A stretch of 41,550 nucleotides of DNA, from sequence record DRR723986_3990; one strand, given 5' to 3'. Under the pieces are notes generated by a model. It did not search any database and was not told the DNA's origin. It was given only the letters and a program-made list of their open reading frames with translations. Position 1 is the first letter of the stretch, and each line of letters opens with the position of its first letter. The position numbers and the translations under genes are program-made. Below are positions 1-8,851 of the stretch, piece after piece.

Positions 1-29
1 CGTCGGTTCAAATCCGGCCTGCCCGACCA
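1..29 (+). tRNA. 3' end of a tRNA, probably tRNA-Pro (5' part lies outside the window)
   Basis: T-arm GTCGG-TTCAAAT-CCGGC (2-18), acceptor 3' strand CTGCCCG (19-25), discriminator A, encoded CCA (27-29). The ending ...CCGACCA is typical of bacterial tRNA-Pro. The anticodon is not visible. Confidence 0.85.
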
Positions 30-323
30 ACACAAACTTCCCCAAATATTTTGAAGATTTTGAACGAGTATGCGGCTGGAATTCCATCCAGCGCCGCATT
101 GCGTTTGCCGTTCAGCATTCCAACGTTTCACCCAGAAGTATCACAGTCTGTCATTTTCGCTTCCCGCAGTTGCTTGCCGTCGGATGCACGCTATGCGTAA
201 ACTTACCTACCGTGACAACGTATGGCAGCTTGCGGCCACGGCACGGAACTGGCACCTGATTATGCTGTATTCCGAGTAATCATAGCTACCAGTTCGTATT
301 CGAATATTCCGAGTATTTTTTTG

Positions 324-1394
324 ATGAGAATAGCGACAAAATTTTCGAGAAAATCGTCTGATGATTTTTACTATTGCTACAGCGTCCTCGCGCGTAATCT
401 GTGTTCTTCGTTCAAAACCATTCCAACGACAGACATCTATTTCCTGAATTCCAACCGCGAGCGGAGCTTGCAGCGCGAGGGTGTCAATTCGTTTTCCACC
501 CGTGATGCCGTTGTCGTCTGCCGTCGTGATCATCCGGGCGTCATCGAGCGTCTTTTGAATGAAAAGACAAAACGGCTCTATTACGTGATCGATGACAATT
601 TATGGGCAGCCGACCACGATGTGTCACTGCCTGAAATTTACCGGCAACGTTTGCTGAGCCTTCGCAATGGACAGCACAACAAGCTGGCAACTGCAGCCGA
701 CACGATTGTTGTCCCTTCGCCTGCCTTGTTCGAGGTATACGAGCAACAAGGATTTCAGGTCAAAATGCTCGATCCGTTTTGGTCAGAAGCACTTTCGACG
801 GACTGGTGTTTTCAAGACCTGCCGGCAGATGCACCGCTCAGGATCGGCTACCTGGGAACTGCCAGCCACGCCGCCGATCGAAAATTCGTCCTCGAGGTAT
901 TTGAAAACCTGTTGGCGACAGGCGCAAATGTCGAACTGACAATCGTTGGAGATCACGACGTACCGCCGCAGCTTTCAACGCACCCCAAGCTACGGGTTTT
1001 GAGGCACCTCGACTGGTATTTCTATCGCAAGCGCCTTTTCAAACACAGGTTTGACGTTCTTCTCTACCCGGTAATACCTTCCAGCTTCAACGATGCCCGA
1101 TCCGCGAACAAGCTGGCAGAACATGCCGTTTGTGGAGGCGTAGGTGTGTACAGTGACAGCTGGGCCTATGCTGACTTCGTTCGTGTCAACCGCGTGGGCC
1201 TGGTCTGGAAAAACAGCGTTCGAACCTGGGTTGACAACCTGCTGTCGCTATCGATTGAACGGAACTTTCAGGATCTCGTCGGATCGCTCACACCCGTTCA
1301 TGAGCGCAATGAAATTGCCGGAAAGGAACAGAAAGCCTTCTGGTCGGCGTGTTTGGAAGCTCCTCGAGATTCATGTTCTCGAATACCAAAATGA
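324..1394 (+). CDS. GT-B fold (GT4-like) glycosyltransferase
   Basis: ORF 222..1394; ATG 324 (MRIATKFS) is the more plausible start. Motifs YYVIDDNLW, RIGYLGTASHAAD and FNDARSANKLAEHAVCGGVGVYSD resemble GT4-like surface-glycan transferases. Confidence 0.7.
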   Translation: MRIATKFSRKSSDDFYYCYSVLARNLCSSFKTIPTTDIYFLNSNRERSLQREGVNSFSTRDAVVVCRRDHPGVIERLLNEKTKRLYYVIDDNLWAADHDVSLPEIYRQRLLSLRNGQHNKLATAADTIVVPSPALFEVYEQQGFQVKMLDPFWSEALSTDWCFQDLPADAPLRIGYLGTASHAADRKFVLEVFENLLATGANVELTIVGDHDVPPQLSTHPKLRVLRHLDWYFYRKRLFKHRFDVLLYPVIPSSFNDARSANKLAEHAVCGGVGVYSDSWAYADFVRVNRVGLVWKNSVRTWVDNLLSLSIERNFQDLVGSLTPVHERNEIAGKEQKAFWSACLEAPRDSCSRIPK

Positions 1395-1398
1395 GCGA

Positions 1399-2046
1399 TT
1401 ACTTGGATATCTCTTTTGCAATACTCTTGTAACCAGGCGCTGCTATTTCTTTAGCCAATTCCGACCTATGTTCGTCTGATAAATTTATCCCAATTTCTTC
1501 AAGCCAAGTAGCGAACCGTTCTGACTGTGCTTTCATCCTCTCGAAAGACAACAGATAAACAGGTTGTTCGATCTGATCGAGAACTTTGGCCATTGCGAAA
1601 TAAAAATGAAATGCGTGTTGGATACCCATCTGCAGATCCGACTTATTAAGACCATGGACTGGACTCCTGGACATAATCGTCGAAGCGACATCCAACGGAT
1701 TGCGTATAACGTAAAGCAATATTGAATTTGGATATTGCGATGTAAGATACGTTAAATGAAAAGAAAAATTTGGAAGCTTGACACCAACAACATCTTCCTC
1801 AACAAGCAATCCATCTATCGCGGCTTTGATTTTGTCCTCAGTAAGATCAGGTATCATCAAATTTGGAAGTTCATGATTGTTAACATCAACATCCCCAAAG
1901 TAAATGTTAGCTCTCCGCAATGCATAAGCTAGTGCAGAGGTTCCTCCACGACTTGCTCCAGAAATAAGATACACTTTTTTCTTGCCCGATGAAAACTTCT
2001 TCATCTTCTCATCGTTTATTGAAACACCAAGGTCAAATAGCTTCAT
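1399..2046 (-). CDS. Sulfotransferase family protein
   Basis: 5'-PSB-like loop LISGASRGGTSALA and 3'-PB-like motif VIRNPLDVAS; GGTGG upstream of ATG; very AT-rich. Confidence 0.72.
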   Translation of the reverse strand: MKLFDLGVSINDEKMKKFSSGKKKVYLISGASRGGTSALAYALRRANIYFGDVDVNNHELPNLMIPDLTEDKIKAAIDGLLVEEDVVGVKLPNFSFHLTYLTSQYPNSILLYVIRNPLDVASTIMSRSPVHGLNKSDLQMGIQHAFHFYFAMAKVLDQIEQPVYLLSFERMKAQSERFATWLEEIGINLSDEHRSELAKEIAAPGYKSIAKEISK

Positions 2047-2119
2047 ATACTACCACCTACAAATCCATCCATATAACACCTATCAACGAACATATAAAAA
2101 TTAAAGCCCTCAAAATACT

Positions 2120-4015
2120 TCAACTTACATTATACTGGAAGTAAGCGTTATGATGCGAGAAGTTTTCGTTATAATAAGGGTCGCGTTGCATGACATCACC
2201 CCAGCGCTGCCTCATGGTCATAGACTCATGCTCGAACCTTGCCATTTTCTCCGGCGAAGTATCTTGGCCACGCGAGACAGACTCGTGATGAAATAATTGG
2301 GCATATGGAGTGTATACATTCTTCAACCCAAGATCTCTTGACAGCCTTAAGCAAAAATCAACATCGTTATACGCAACCTTTAGATCTTTATCGTCCAAAC
2401 CTCCACATTTTAGGTATTTATCCTTTTCAACAACCATGCAAGCGGCAGTAACAGCAAGAAAATATTGCGGAAGTTGCAACCTGTACTGATAACCGATATC
2501 GCCGCCTTGATAGAATTGAAAAGCGTGATTTGCGATACCTCCCACACCCACGATCACACCAGCATGTTGAACCAAACCGTTGGCATATAGGAGTTTCGCC
2601 CCAACAGCCCCGATATGAGGCAGTACCGCATAGGACACCATCTCCCGAAGCCATTCAGAAGAAATAACTTGAGTGTCATTGTTCAAGAGCACAACAACTG
2701 AACCTGAAGCATGCTCAACGGCAAAATTATTCATGGCTGAATAATTAAATTCACCAGAATATGGCAATACAGTTACAGGGTGTTTTTCTGCTATTTCAGC
2801 CAGATATTCTTTTAACTCTACTTCCACACTGTCATTGTCCACGATGACAACGTCAAAACTTGGATAGTCTGTTTTATCAAACAGACTGAAGACACAGGCC
2901 TTTACAAATTCAGTGCAGTCACGGGTTGGAATAATGATGGTTACGTGCGGAACCGGGCTTGGGAGTTCCCTAACGATCCTGTTGCACCCTGAAGGGCCAT
3001 TCGTTACCGACACCGGCGCGTCCGGGTAATTGTCCTTAAAGTATTCACGCACGGCGCGCTGACGCGCTTCAATGGCTTGCTGCATCCAGCGATCGGAAAA
3101 AGATCCCGAACCGGAGAAGCATCGCCAATGGTAGAGAATTTTCGGAATATGACGAATATTTTTCTCGTCAATCCGAGCAACCACCCGGAGTGCAAGATCA
3201 TGATCCTGACTTCCCTCGAAACCTGGTCGAAACCCTCCGACATCCCTGACGATTGAAGCCCTGTATACGCTGAGGTGATTGATGTAGTTCTGGGTTAGAA
3301 AAAGTTCCAGATTCCAGTCCGGTTTGAAGTGTGGATCGGTAAGCCAGCCCTCCTTCCTAATTTTATCTTCATCCGAGTAGATGAAATCTGCCTCAGGAAA
3401 TTGCAGAATTTCTCTAGCAACATAATAAAGGGCATGAACTGGTAGCAGGTCATCGTGGTCCATGAACGCAATGTAAGGACCGGTCGCAATATCTATGGCA
3501 GAGTTTGAAGCTCTGCAGATATGTCCGTTTTCGTTCCGGTAAACGACCTTGATGCGCCCATCGCTTTCTTCAAATTCCTTGAGAGCCTCTTGAACGGCAG
3601 GATCCGTTGAGCAGTCGTCAGCAATGCACAACTCCCAATGCGGATATATCTGCTTCTTCACGGATTGGATGGCATCTCGCAGCTGAGCCAGATCTGTATT
3701 ATAGACCGGCATTGCAATTGAGATTACTGGAGGATTATGCCAACCGGCAACTTCCTGCAGCATCTCTTCTCGTTCTGATATAGACGGGTTTGCTTGTGCA
3801 AAGCAGATATGTGGTCCGACACGAAGATTCTTGCCTTGAATACTTGTGGCGCTGAAAACCAGTCGGAATCGGTTTCGGGAACGCTGCCTTTTACCAACGA
3901 CGTACCACCAGCACGCAGCTACAAATATTCGTGGCGACAGAAAAGCTTCGTATAGCCTTCGACAGAATTTATTAGCCTGTAAATCAATTAAATTATTATT
4001 AGACAAGATTTTCAA
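2120..4015 (-). CDS. Two-domain GT2 glycosyltransferase (RfbC-like O-antigen/rhamnan type)
   Basis: Two GT2 modules (ISIAMPVYNT...ADDCS...FMDHDD; VTIIIPTRD...VDNDS...LLNND...AYNDVDFCL); GGAGGA before the TTG start. Confidence 0.92.
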   Translation of the reverse strand: MKILSNNNLIDLQANKFCRRLYEAFLSPRIFVAACWWYVVGKRQRSRNRFRLVFSATSIQGKNLRVGPHICFAQANPSISEREEMLQEVAGWHNPPVISIAMPVYNTDLAQLRDAIQSVKKQIYPHWELCIADDCSTDPAVQEALKEFEESDGRIKVVYRNENGHICRASNSAIDIATGPYIAFMDHDDLLPVHALYYVAREILQFPEADFIYSDEDKIRKEGWLTDPHFKPDWNLELFLTQNYINHLSVYRASIVRDVGGFRPGFEGSQDHDLALRVVARIDEKNIRHIPKILYHWRCFSGSGSFSDRWMQQAIEARQRAVREYFKDNYPDAPVSVTNGPSGCNRIVRELPSPVPHVTIIIPTRDCTEFVKACVFSLFDKTDYPSFDVVIVDNDSVEVELKEYLAEIAEKHPVTVLPYSGEFNYSAMNNFAVEHASGSVVVLLNNDTQVISSEWLREMVSYAVLPHIGAVGAKLLYANGLVQHAGVIVGVGGIANHAFQFYQGGDIGYQYRLQLPQYFLAVTAACMVVEKDKYLKCGGLDDKDLKVAYNDVDFCLRLSRDLGLKNVYTPYAQLFHHESVSRGQDTSPEKMARFEHESMTMRQRWGDVMQRDPYYNENFSHHNAYFQYNVS

Positions 4016-4040
4016 TTTTCCTCCGAAGGGACATATTTAT

Positions 4041-4919
4041 TTATGCGTTAGAGTGCCCAGAGACTATTTTTCCCAAGTATTTCCCATATCCACTGCTGGA
4101 ATATTCTTCGCTCAGCCGTTCCAGATCATTCACAGTAATCCAACCGTTCTTGAACGCAATTTCTTCCGGAACGGCGATGCGGTGGCCCTGTCTTTTCTCG
4201 ATGGCCTGCACGAAGGTCGCGGATTCTATGAGACTGTCATGTGTCCCCATGTCGAACCAGGCAAATCCGCGCCCCAGCTGTTCAACATGCAGGTCTCCGC
4301 GCTCCAGGTACCGGGCGTTCACATCGGTGATTTCAAGTTCACCGCGCGCACTCGGACGGATATCGGAAGCAATGGCGGCGACGTCCTTGTCATAGAAGTA
4401 AAGCCCTGTTACCGCCCAGGACGACCGGGGGGACTTTGGCTTCTCTTCGATTGAAACCGGCGCGCCTGACGTGTCGAACGAGATGACACCATATCGTTCC
4501 GGCTCCGCCACCTCGTATCCGAACAGGGTCGCTCCGGACTTGCGCGCTGAAGCTCTCGCAAGAATTTCCGTCAGACCATGTCCGTAATAAAGGTTGTCTC
4601 CCAGGATCAGCGCACATTCCTGTCCAGCAAGGAACTCCTCTCCGATCAGGAACGCCTGCGCGATGCCGGCCGGTTCAGGTTGCACCGCATAGCTGATGTT
4701 GATGCCCCAGCGCGCGCCGTCTTCCAGAAGGCCCTGAAAAGCGATGGCATCGCGTGGTGTTGTGATGATCAGGAGATCTCTTATCCCGGCAAGCATCAGA
4801 ACACTCAACGGATAGTAGATCATCGGCTTGTCGTAGACAGGCAGCAATTGCTTGGAAATACACCTTGTTACCGGGAAGAGACGCGTTCCGCTTCCACCCG
4901 CCAGCACGATGCCTTTCAT
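4041..4919 (-). CDS. rfbA: Glucose-1-phosphate thymidylyltransferase RmlA
   Basis: MKGIVLAGGSGTRLFP, KQLLPVYDKPMIYYPL, RGELEITD; start set at ATG 4919 with GGAG upstream. Confidence 0.97.
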   Translation of the reverse strand: MKGIVLAGGSGTRLFPVTRCISKQLLPVYDKPMIYYPLSVLMLAGIRDLLIITTPRDAIAFQGLLEDGARWGINISYAVQPEPAGIAQAFLIGEEFLAGQECALILGDNLYYGHGLTEILARASARKSGATLFGYEVAEPERYGVISFDTSGAPVSIEEKPKSPRSSWAVTGLYFYDKDVAAIASDIRPSARGELEITDVNARYLERGDLHVEQLGRGFAWFDMGTHDSLIESATFVQAIEKRQGHRIAVPEEIAFKNGWITVNDLERLSEEYSSSGYGKYLGKIVSGHSNA

Positions 4920-4956
4920 TGTCCAACTCCAATTCCAATTGCTTGCCCGCAAGATA

Positions 4957-5847
4957 TCAGGCGTTTAGATACAGGCGGTCAAGCATGTCGGACAGTGCTA
5001 CTGGCCAGTCCCTGGCGGCAAGGCCATGGACACGTGACAGTTTAGAGCAATCAAGCGCCGAGTTCGCCGGCCGATTTGAAAGCGTTGGAAATTCCGACGC
5101 GGGAATGCCAATCAGCTCCGGCTGTTTGCATAATCGTTCCCCGGCCAGTTCGAATATCTTGGATGCAAACCCATGCCAGCTCACCTGCCCCTGTCCGGCA
5201 CAATGAAATGTTCCGTATCCACCTTTCGGAAAATCGCCCTTCAGGACCTGCACGGATAGCTGCAATGCGATTTCAGCCAAATCGGCGGCATATGTCGGGC
5301 ATCCTGTCTGGTCAGTGACCACCCGAATTACATCCTTCTCCTGTGCGAGCCTCAGCATCGTCCGAACAAAGTTCGCACCTTGCACGCCGTATACCCAGGA
5401 TGTGCGCAGGATCAGGTGACGTTCTGAGACTGTGCGGACGGCAGCCTCCCCGGCCTCCTTGCTTTCGCCATATACGCCTAACGGGCCGACTGTATCTTCT
5501 TCCACATAAGGCTGCGGCTTTGCCCCATCAAACACGTAGTCCGTGGAGAAATGTATCAAGACGGCACCGCGCCGCTCGGCCACTTCCGCAAGATTGCGTG
5601 CTCCGTCGCGGTTGACCGCAAAGGCGGCCTGCCGGTCGGTCTCGGCACGGTCAACTGCAGTGTATGCAGCCGCATTTATGATCAGGTCGGGTGCCAAGTT
5701 CTGGACGATTTCCACCACGGCTTTGCGATCTGTTATGTCGAGTGTCGACCTGTCGAGAGCCACGACATCAAGATCAAGTGCCCGGGCTTGCCGAATGACT
5801 TCATAACAGAGTTGGCCATTCGCTCCCGTAAGCAGAATACGGGTCAT
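4957..5847 (-). CDS. rfbD: dTDP-4-dehydrorhamnose reductase RmlD
   Basis: [36 protein letters not shown] overlap with rfbB. Confidence 0.97.
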   Translation of the reverse strand: MTRILLTGANGQLCYEVIRQARALDLDVVALDRSTLDITDRKAVVEIVQNLAPDLIINAAAYTAVDRAETDRQAAFAVNRDGARNLAEVAERRGAVLIHFSTDYVFDGAKPQPYVEEDTVGPLGVYGESKEAGEAAVRTVSERHLILRTSWVYGVQGANFVRTMLRLAQEKDVIRVVTDQTGCPTYAADLAEIALQLSVQVLKGDFPKGGYGTFHCAGQGQVSWHGFASKIFELAGERLCKQPELIGIPASEFPTLSNRPANSALDCSKLSRVHGLAARDWPVALSDMLDRLYLNA

Positions 5848-6926
5848 GGAACACCGGCAGATGCACTTGAAACACCATTTGCGCCCAGTCCCAGCCTGTC
5901 CCCTCTGTATTGACCGCTACGGATTGCCTCCCACCAGCTGCGATTGGCAAGGTACCAGTCCAACGTCTGGCGCAACCCGCTTTCGAATGAACAACCGGGT
6001 CGCCAGTCGAGTTCGGCAGCGATCCGCGAAATGTCCATCGCATAGCGCGCATCGTGGCCAGGACGGTCTGTCACGAACTCGATCAATTCTCGGCGGGGTT
6101 TTCCTGCGGGCACCGTTTCGTCCAGCAGATCGCAGATCAGATGGACTACATCGATGTTTCGACGCTCTGCGTCACCGCCAATGTTGTAAACTTGGCCCGG
6201 TGTGCCGCGCATCAAGACCAGCCACAACGCATCCGCATGATCTTCGACATGTAGCCAGTCACGGATATTTGCTCCCGCGCCATAGACCGGCAGAGGCTTT
6301 TCCTCCAGGCCGTTCAGGATCATCAACGGGATCAGTTTTTCCGGAAACTGGTAAGGCCCGTAATTGTTGGAACAATTGGTGGTGACCACCGGCACCCCAT
6401 ACGTATGGTGCCAAGCCCTGACCAAGTGATCCGACGCCGCCTTTGATGCGGAATAGGGAGAATTCGGCGCGTATGCGGTCGTTTCCTTGAAGGCCCCCGT
6501 CGGACCGAGACTGCCATAGACTTCATCGGTGGACACATGATGAAAGCGAAAGGCTTCCTTTCGAGACACTGGCAAGCCGGACCAATACCCCCTCACCGCC
6601 TCCAGCAAGGTGTAAGTGCCCACGATATTTGTATCGATAAAGGCAGCCGGGCCATCAATCGACCGGTCGACGTGACTTTCAGCCGCCAGATGCATGACAG
6701 CGTCGGGTGCCTCTGCCTCCAGTAGACTGGCCATTGCCTCCCCGTCCCGGATATCTGCCTGCACGAACCGGTGGCGGCGCTCTTCCATGACCGGCGCCAG
6801 GGACGCCAGATTACCGGCATAAGTCAGGGCATCCACGGTGACGACTTCTGCAAGGCCTTGCAACACCAACTTTCGCACGACCGCCGAACCGATAAAGCCG
6901 GCGCCCCCCGTGACAAGAACCTTCAT
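5844..6926 (-). CDS. rfbB: dTDP-glucose 4,6-dehydratase RmlB
   Basis: [41 protein letters not shown] 6926 overlaps the rfbC stop. Confidence 0.98.
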   Translation of the reverse strand: MKVLVTGGAGFIGSAVVRKLVLQGLAEVVTVDALTYAGNLASLAPVMEERRHRFVQADIRDGEAMASLLEAEAPDAVMHLAAESHVDRSIDGPAAFIDTNIVGTYTLLEAVRGYWSGLPVSRKEAFRFHHVSTDEVYGSLGPTGAFKETTAYAPNSPYSASKAASDHLVRAWHHTYGVPVVTTNCSNNYGPYQFPEKLIPLMILNGLEEKPLPVYGAGANIRDWLHVEDHADALWLVLMRGTPGQVYNIGGDAERRNIDVVHLICDLLDETVPAGKPRRELIEFVTDRPGHDARYAMDISRIAAELDWRPGCSFESGLRQTLDWYLANRSWWEAIRSGQYRGDRLGLGANGVSSASAGVP

Positions 6927-7501
6927 CGTTCTCTGGCCTCCGGGTATGTGAAACAGCTGGCAGCATCGGCAAATGGTGGGAGTTCCTGATCCTTTTGCGA
7001 CAGGATGGCATCGGCTTCGGGTATTCGCCAATCAATGTCCAGATCGGGATCGTTCCACACGATGCCCCGGTCATGCTCCGGAGCATAATAATGCGAGACC
7101 TTGTAGAGAACCTCCGTGTGCGCCTCCAGGGTGACCAGCCCGTGGGCAAATCCGATCGGAACCAGGATCTGATCGCCGTTTTCCGCGGAAATGACGGACG
7201 AGACGTGTTTGCCGTAAGTCGGAGACCCTTGCCGCAGATCCACAGCGATATCCAGTATCGCTCCGCGCACGACACGCACCAGCTTGTCCTGCGCGAACGG
7301 CGGCGTCTGGTAATGCAGACCGCGGACCGTTCCCTTTTCCGCAGAGTAGGCATGATTGTCCTGAACGAAATCGATGTCTATTCCGGCGTCGGAAAGAAGC
7401 GCTTTGTTGTAGGTTTCGGAGAAGAAACCACGGCTGTCACCATGCCTCTTCGGCCGGAGAATCTTGACCTCGGGAATGTCCAGTTCAATAACTTCGAGCA
7501 T
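6923..7501 (-). CDS. rfbC: dTDP-4-dehydrorhamnose 3,5-epimerase RmlC
   Basis: [25 protein letters not shown]; start set at ATG 7501 ([10 protein letters not shown]). Confidence 0.96.
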   Translation of the reverse strand: MLEVIELDIPEVKILRPKRHGDSRGFFSETYNKALLSDAGIDIDFVQDNHAYSAEKGTVRGLHYQTPPFAQDKLVRVVRGAILDIAVDLRQGSPTYGKHVSSVISAENGDQILVPIGFAHGLVTLEAHTEVLYKVSHYYAPEHDRGIVWNDPDLDIDWRIPEADAILSQKDQELPPFADAASCFTYPEARER

Positions 7502-7663
7502 GAATCCGTTTCGGGTCTCGCGGTCACGTTTCGTGGCAAGCCCCGCTTCAAGGCAGGTCTTGCCGCGAATCTGTATAAGATTTTCAGGTTCCTTCAAGGG
7601 CGAAGGAACCACAATCCGACCTCGTTTCCCAAAACCGATTCGTGTCCGTTTACTGGAATACCC

Positions 7664-8758
7664 TCACCTTACAACCGCCGAACGCGGCAGGTCGGAGAGG
7701 ATTTCCGCGCCGTCTTTCCGCAAGATGACGATTTCCTCAAGACGCAGGCCGAATTGGCCGGGGAGATAGATGCCGGGTTCGATCGAGAACACCATGCCCT
7801 CGTCCAGTACGGTTTCGGAGGTCGCCGTCAAATATGGCGGTTCATGTATGTCTATTCCGAGGCCGTGGCCGGTCCGGTGTGTGAAAAAGTCACCATAGCC
7901 CGCATCTGCAATGACATCCCGAGCCGCCTTGTCGATTGATTTTGCCAAGACCCCAGGCTTTGCAGCGGCAAGCGCTGCTTCCACAGCCTTGTTGACGATG
8001 GCGTGGACCTTCTCAAATTCCGCCGTAGGCGTTCCGAAGAAGCCAACACGGGTCATGTCGGACGGGTAGCCCTCGAGACGTCCACCGGTGTCGATCAGCA
8101 CGGCATCCCCGGCTTTCAGCTGTGTTTCACCGGTGTGATGGTGCGGAAAGGCGCCGTTTCCAGCGAAACAGACAGAGGTGAACACCGGGGTCGCGCCTGC
8201 CTGCTTGTAAACGTCCCGGATGACGGCAGCGATCTCAAGTTCCGTGATGCCGGGTGTCAGGGCGTCGAAGCCGGCCATGGCGGCAGTGTCGTTAAGAACG
8301 GCACTGGCTTTAAGGCGGCGGTATTCGTCCTCTTCCTTTCGAGCGCGCAGGAAGCCGACCGTGTCATCCGTAAACCGGCGAGAAGCCCCCGGGAGCGCGT
8401 CCAGCAACAGAAGCGCAAAATCGGCACGCATGGTTTCGTCGATGACGACACTTGGCGATTGCGGAAGTCCGGAGGCTTCCAGCAACGTGGCAAGCGCGGC
8501 GTCCGGTCCGTCGTCGTCACGCCAGGGGAAGAAAGGCAAGTGCGTCTTCTGGCGTGAGCTGTCGACATTGAGCGCCGGCATCAGAAAGCCCGCATGGCTC
8601 CTGGAAACCAGAAGCATAACCGGCCGTTCGTCACCATGAGGATCGAGACCAGCCAGATACATCATGTGACTGGACGGACCGATGGCCACAAGGTCGGTCC
8701 CGGTCGCAGACATCCGCTCGCGCAAAGCGGCAAGGCGCTGATCGGAAAGGGAAGACAT
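7664..8758 (-). CDS. M24B Xaa-Pro peptidase family protein
   Basis: Creatinase-like N-domain plus metal ligands in IDTGG, SDMTR, HRTGHGLG, EPGIY, GLRLEE. Confidence 0.93.
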   Translation of the reverse strand: MSSLSDQRLAALRERMSATGTDLVAIGPSSHMMYLAGLDPHGDERPVMLLVSRSHAGFLMPALNVDSSRQKTHLPFFPWRDDDGPDAALATLLEASGLPQSPSVVIDETMRADFALLLLDALPGASRRFTDDTVGFLRARKEEDEYRRLKASAVLNDTAAMAGFDALTPGITELEIAAVIRDVYKQAGATPVFTSVCFAGNGAFPHHHTGETQLKAGDAVLIDTGGRLEGYPSDMTRVGFFGTPTAEFEKVHAIVNKAVEAALAAAKPGVLAKSIDKAARDVIADAGYGDFFTHRTGHGLGIDIHEPPYLTATSETVLDEGMVFSIEPGIYLPGQFGLRLEEIVILRKDGAEILSDLPRSAVVR

Positions 8759-8808
8759 TTCAGGAAACTCCGGAGGGGTTGGTCAGTCAGTGTGCTGTGT
8801 CAGCAAAC

Positions 8809-8838
8809 AAAAAAAGCCGCCCCGGAAACCGGGACGGC
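8809..8838 (-). terminator. Intrinsic terminator after the substrate-binding protein gene
   Basis: Minus strand GCCGTCCCGG-TTT-CCGGGGCGGC followed by T7. Confidence 0.8.
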
Positions 8839-8851
8839 CTGGTATCTGGCG

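Noticed and set aside
239..254. Sigma-54-like GG-N10-GC motif (CGGCACGGAACTGGCA) upstream of the first glycosyltransferase
   Set aside because: Two departures from TGGCACG-N4-TTGCW, one next to the -12 GC; too weak without a mapped TSS.
2120..4015. Possible chimeric GT2 gene with a GC step between domains
   Set aside because: Hand counts fluctuate within both halves (21/60, 35/60, 34/60, 22/60), so there is no clean step.
4923..4940. Three TCCAAY hexamers before rmlA
   Set aside because: Very short and imperfect, and overlaps the RBS; no support for a phase-variable tract.
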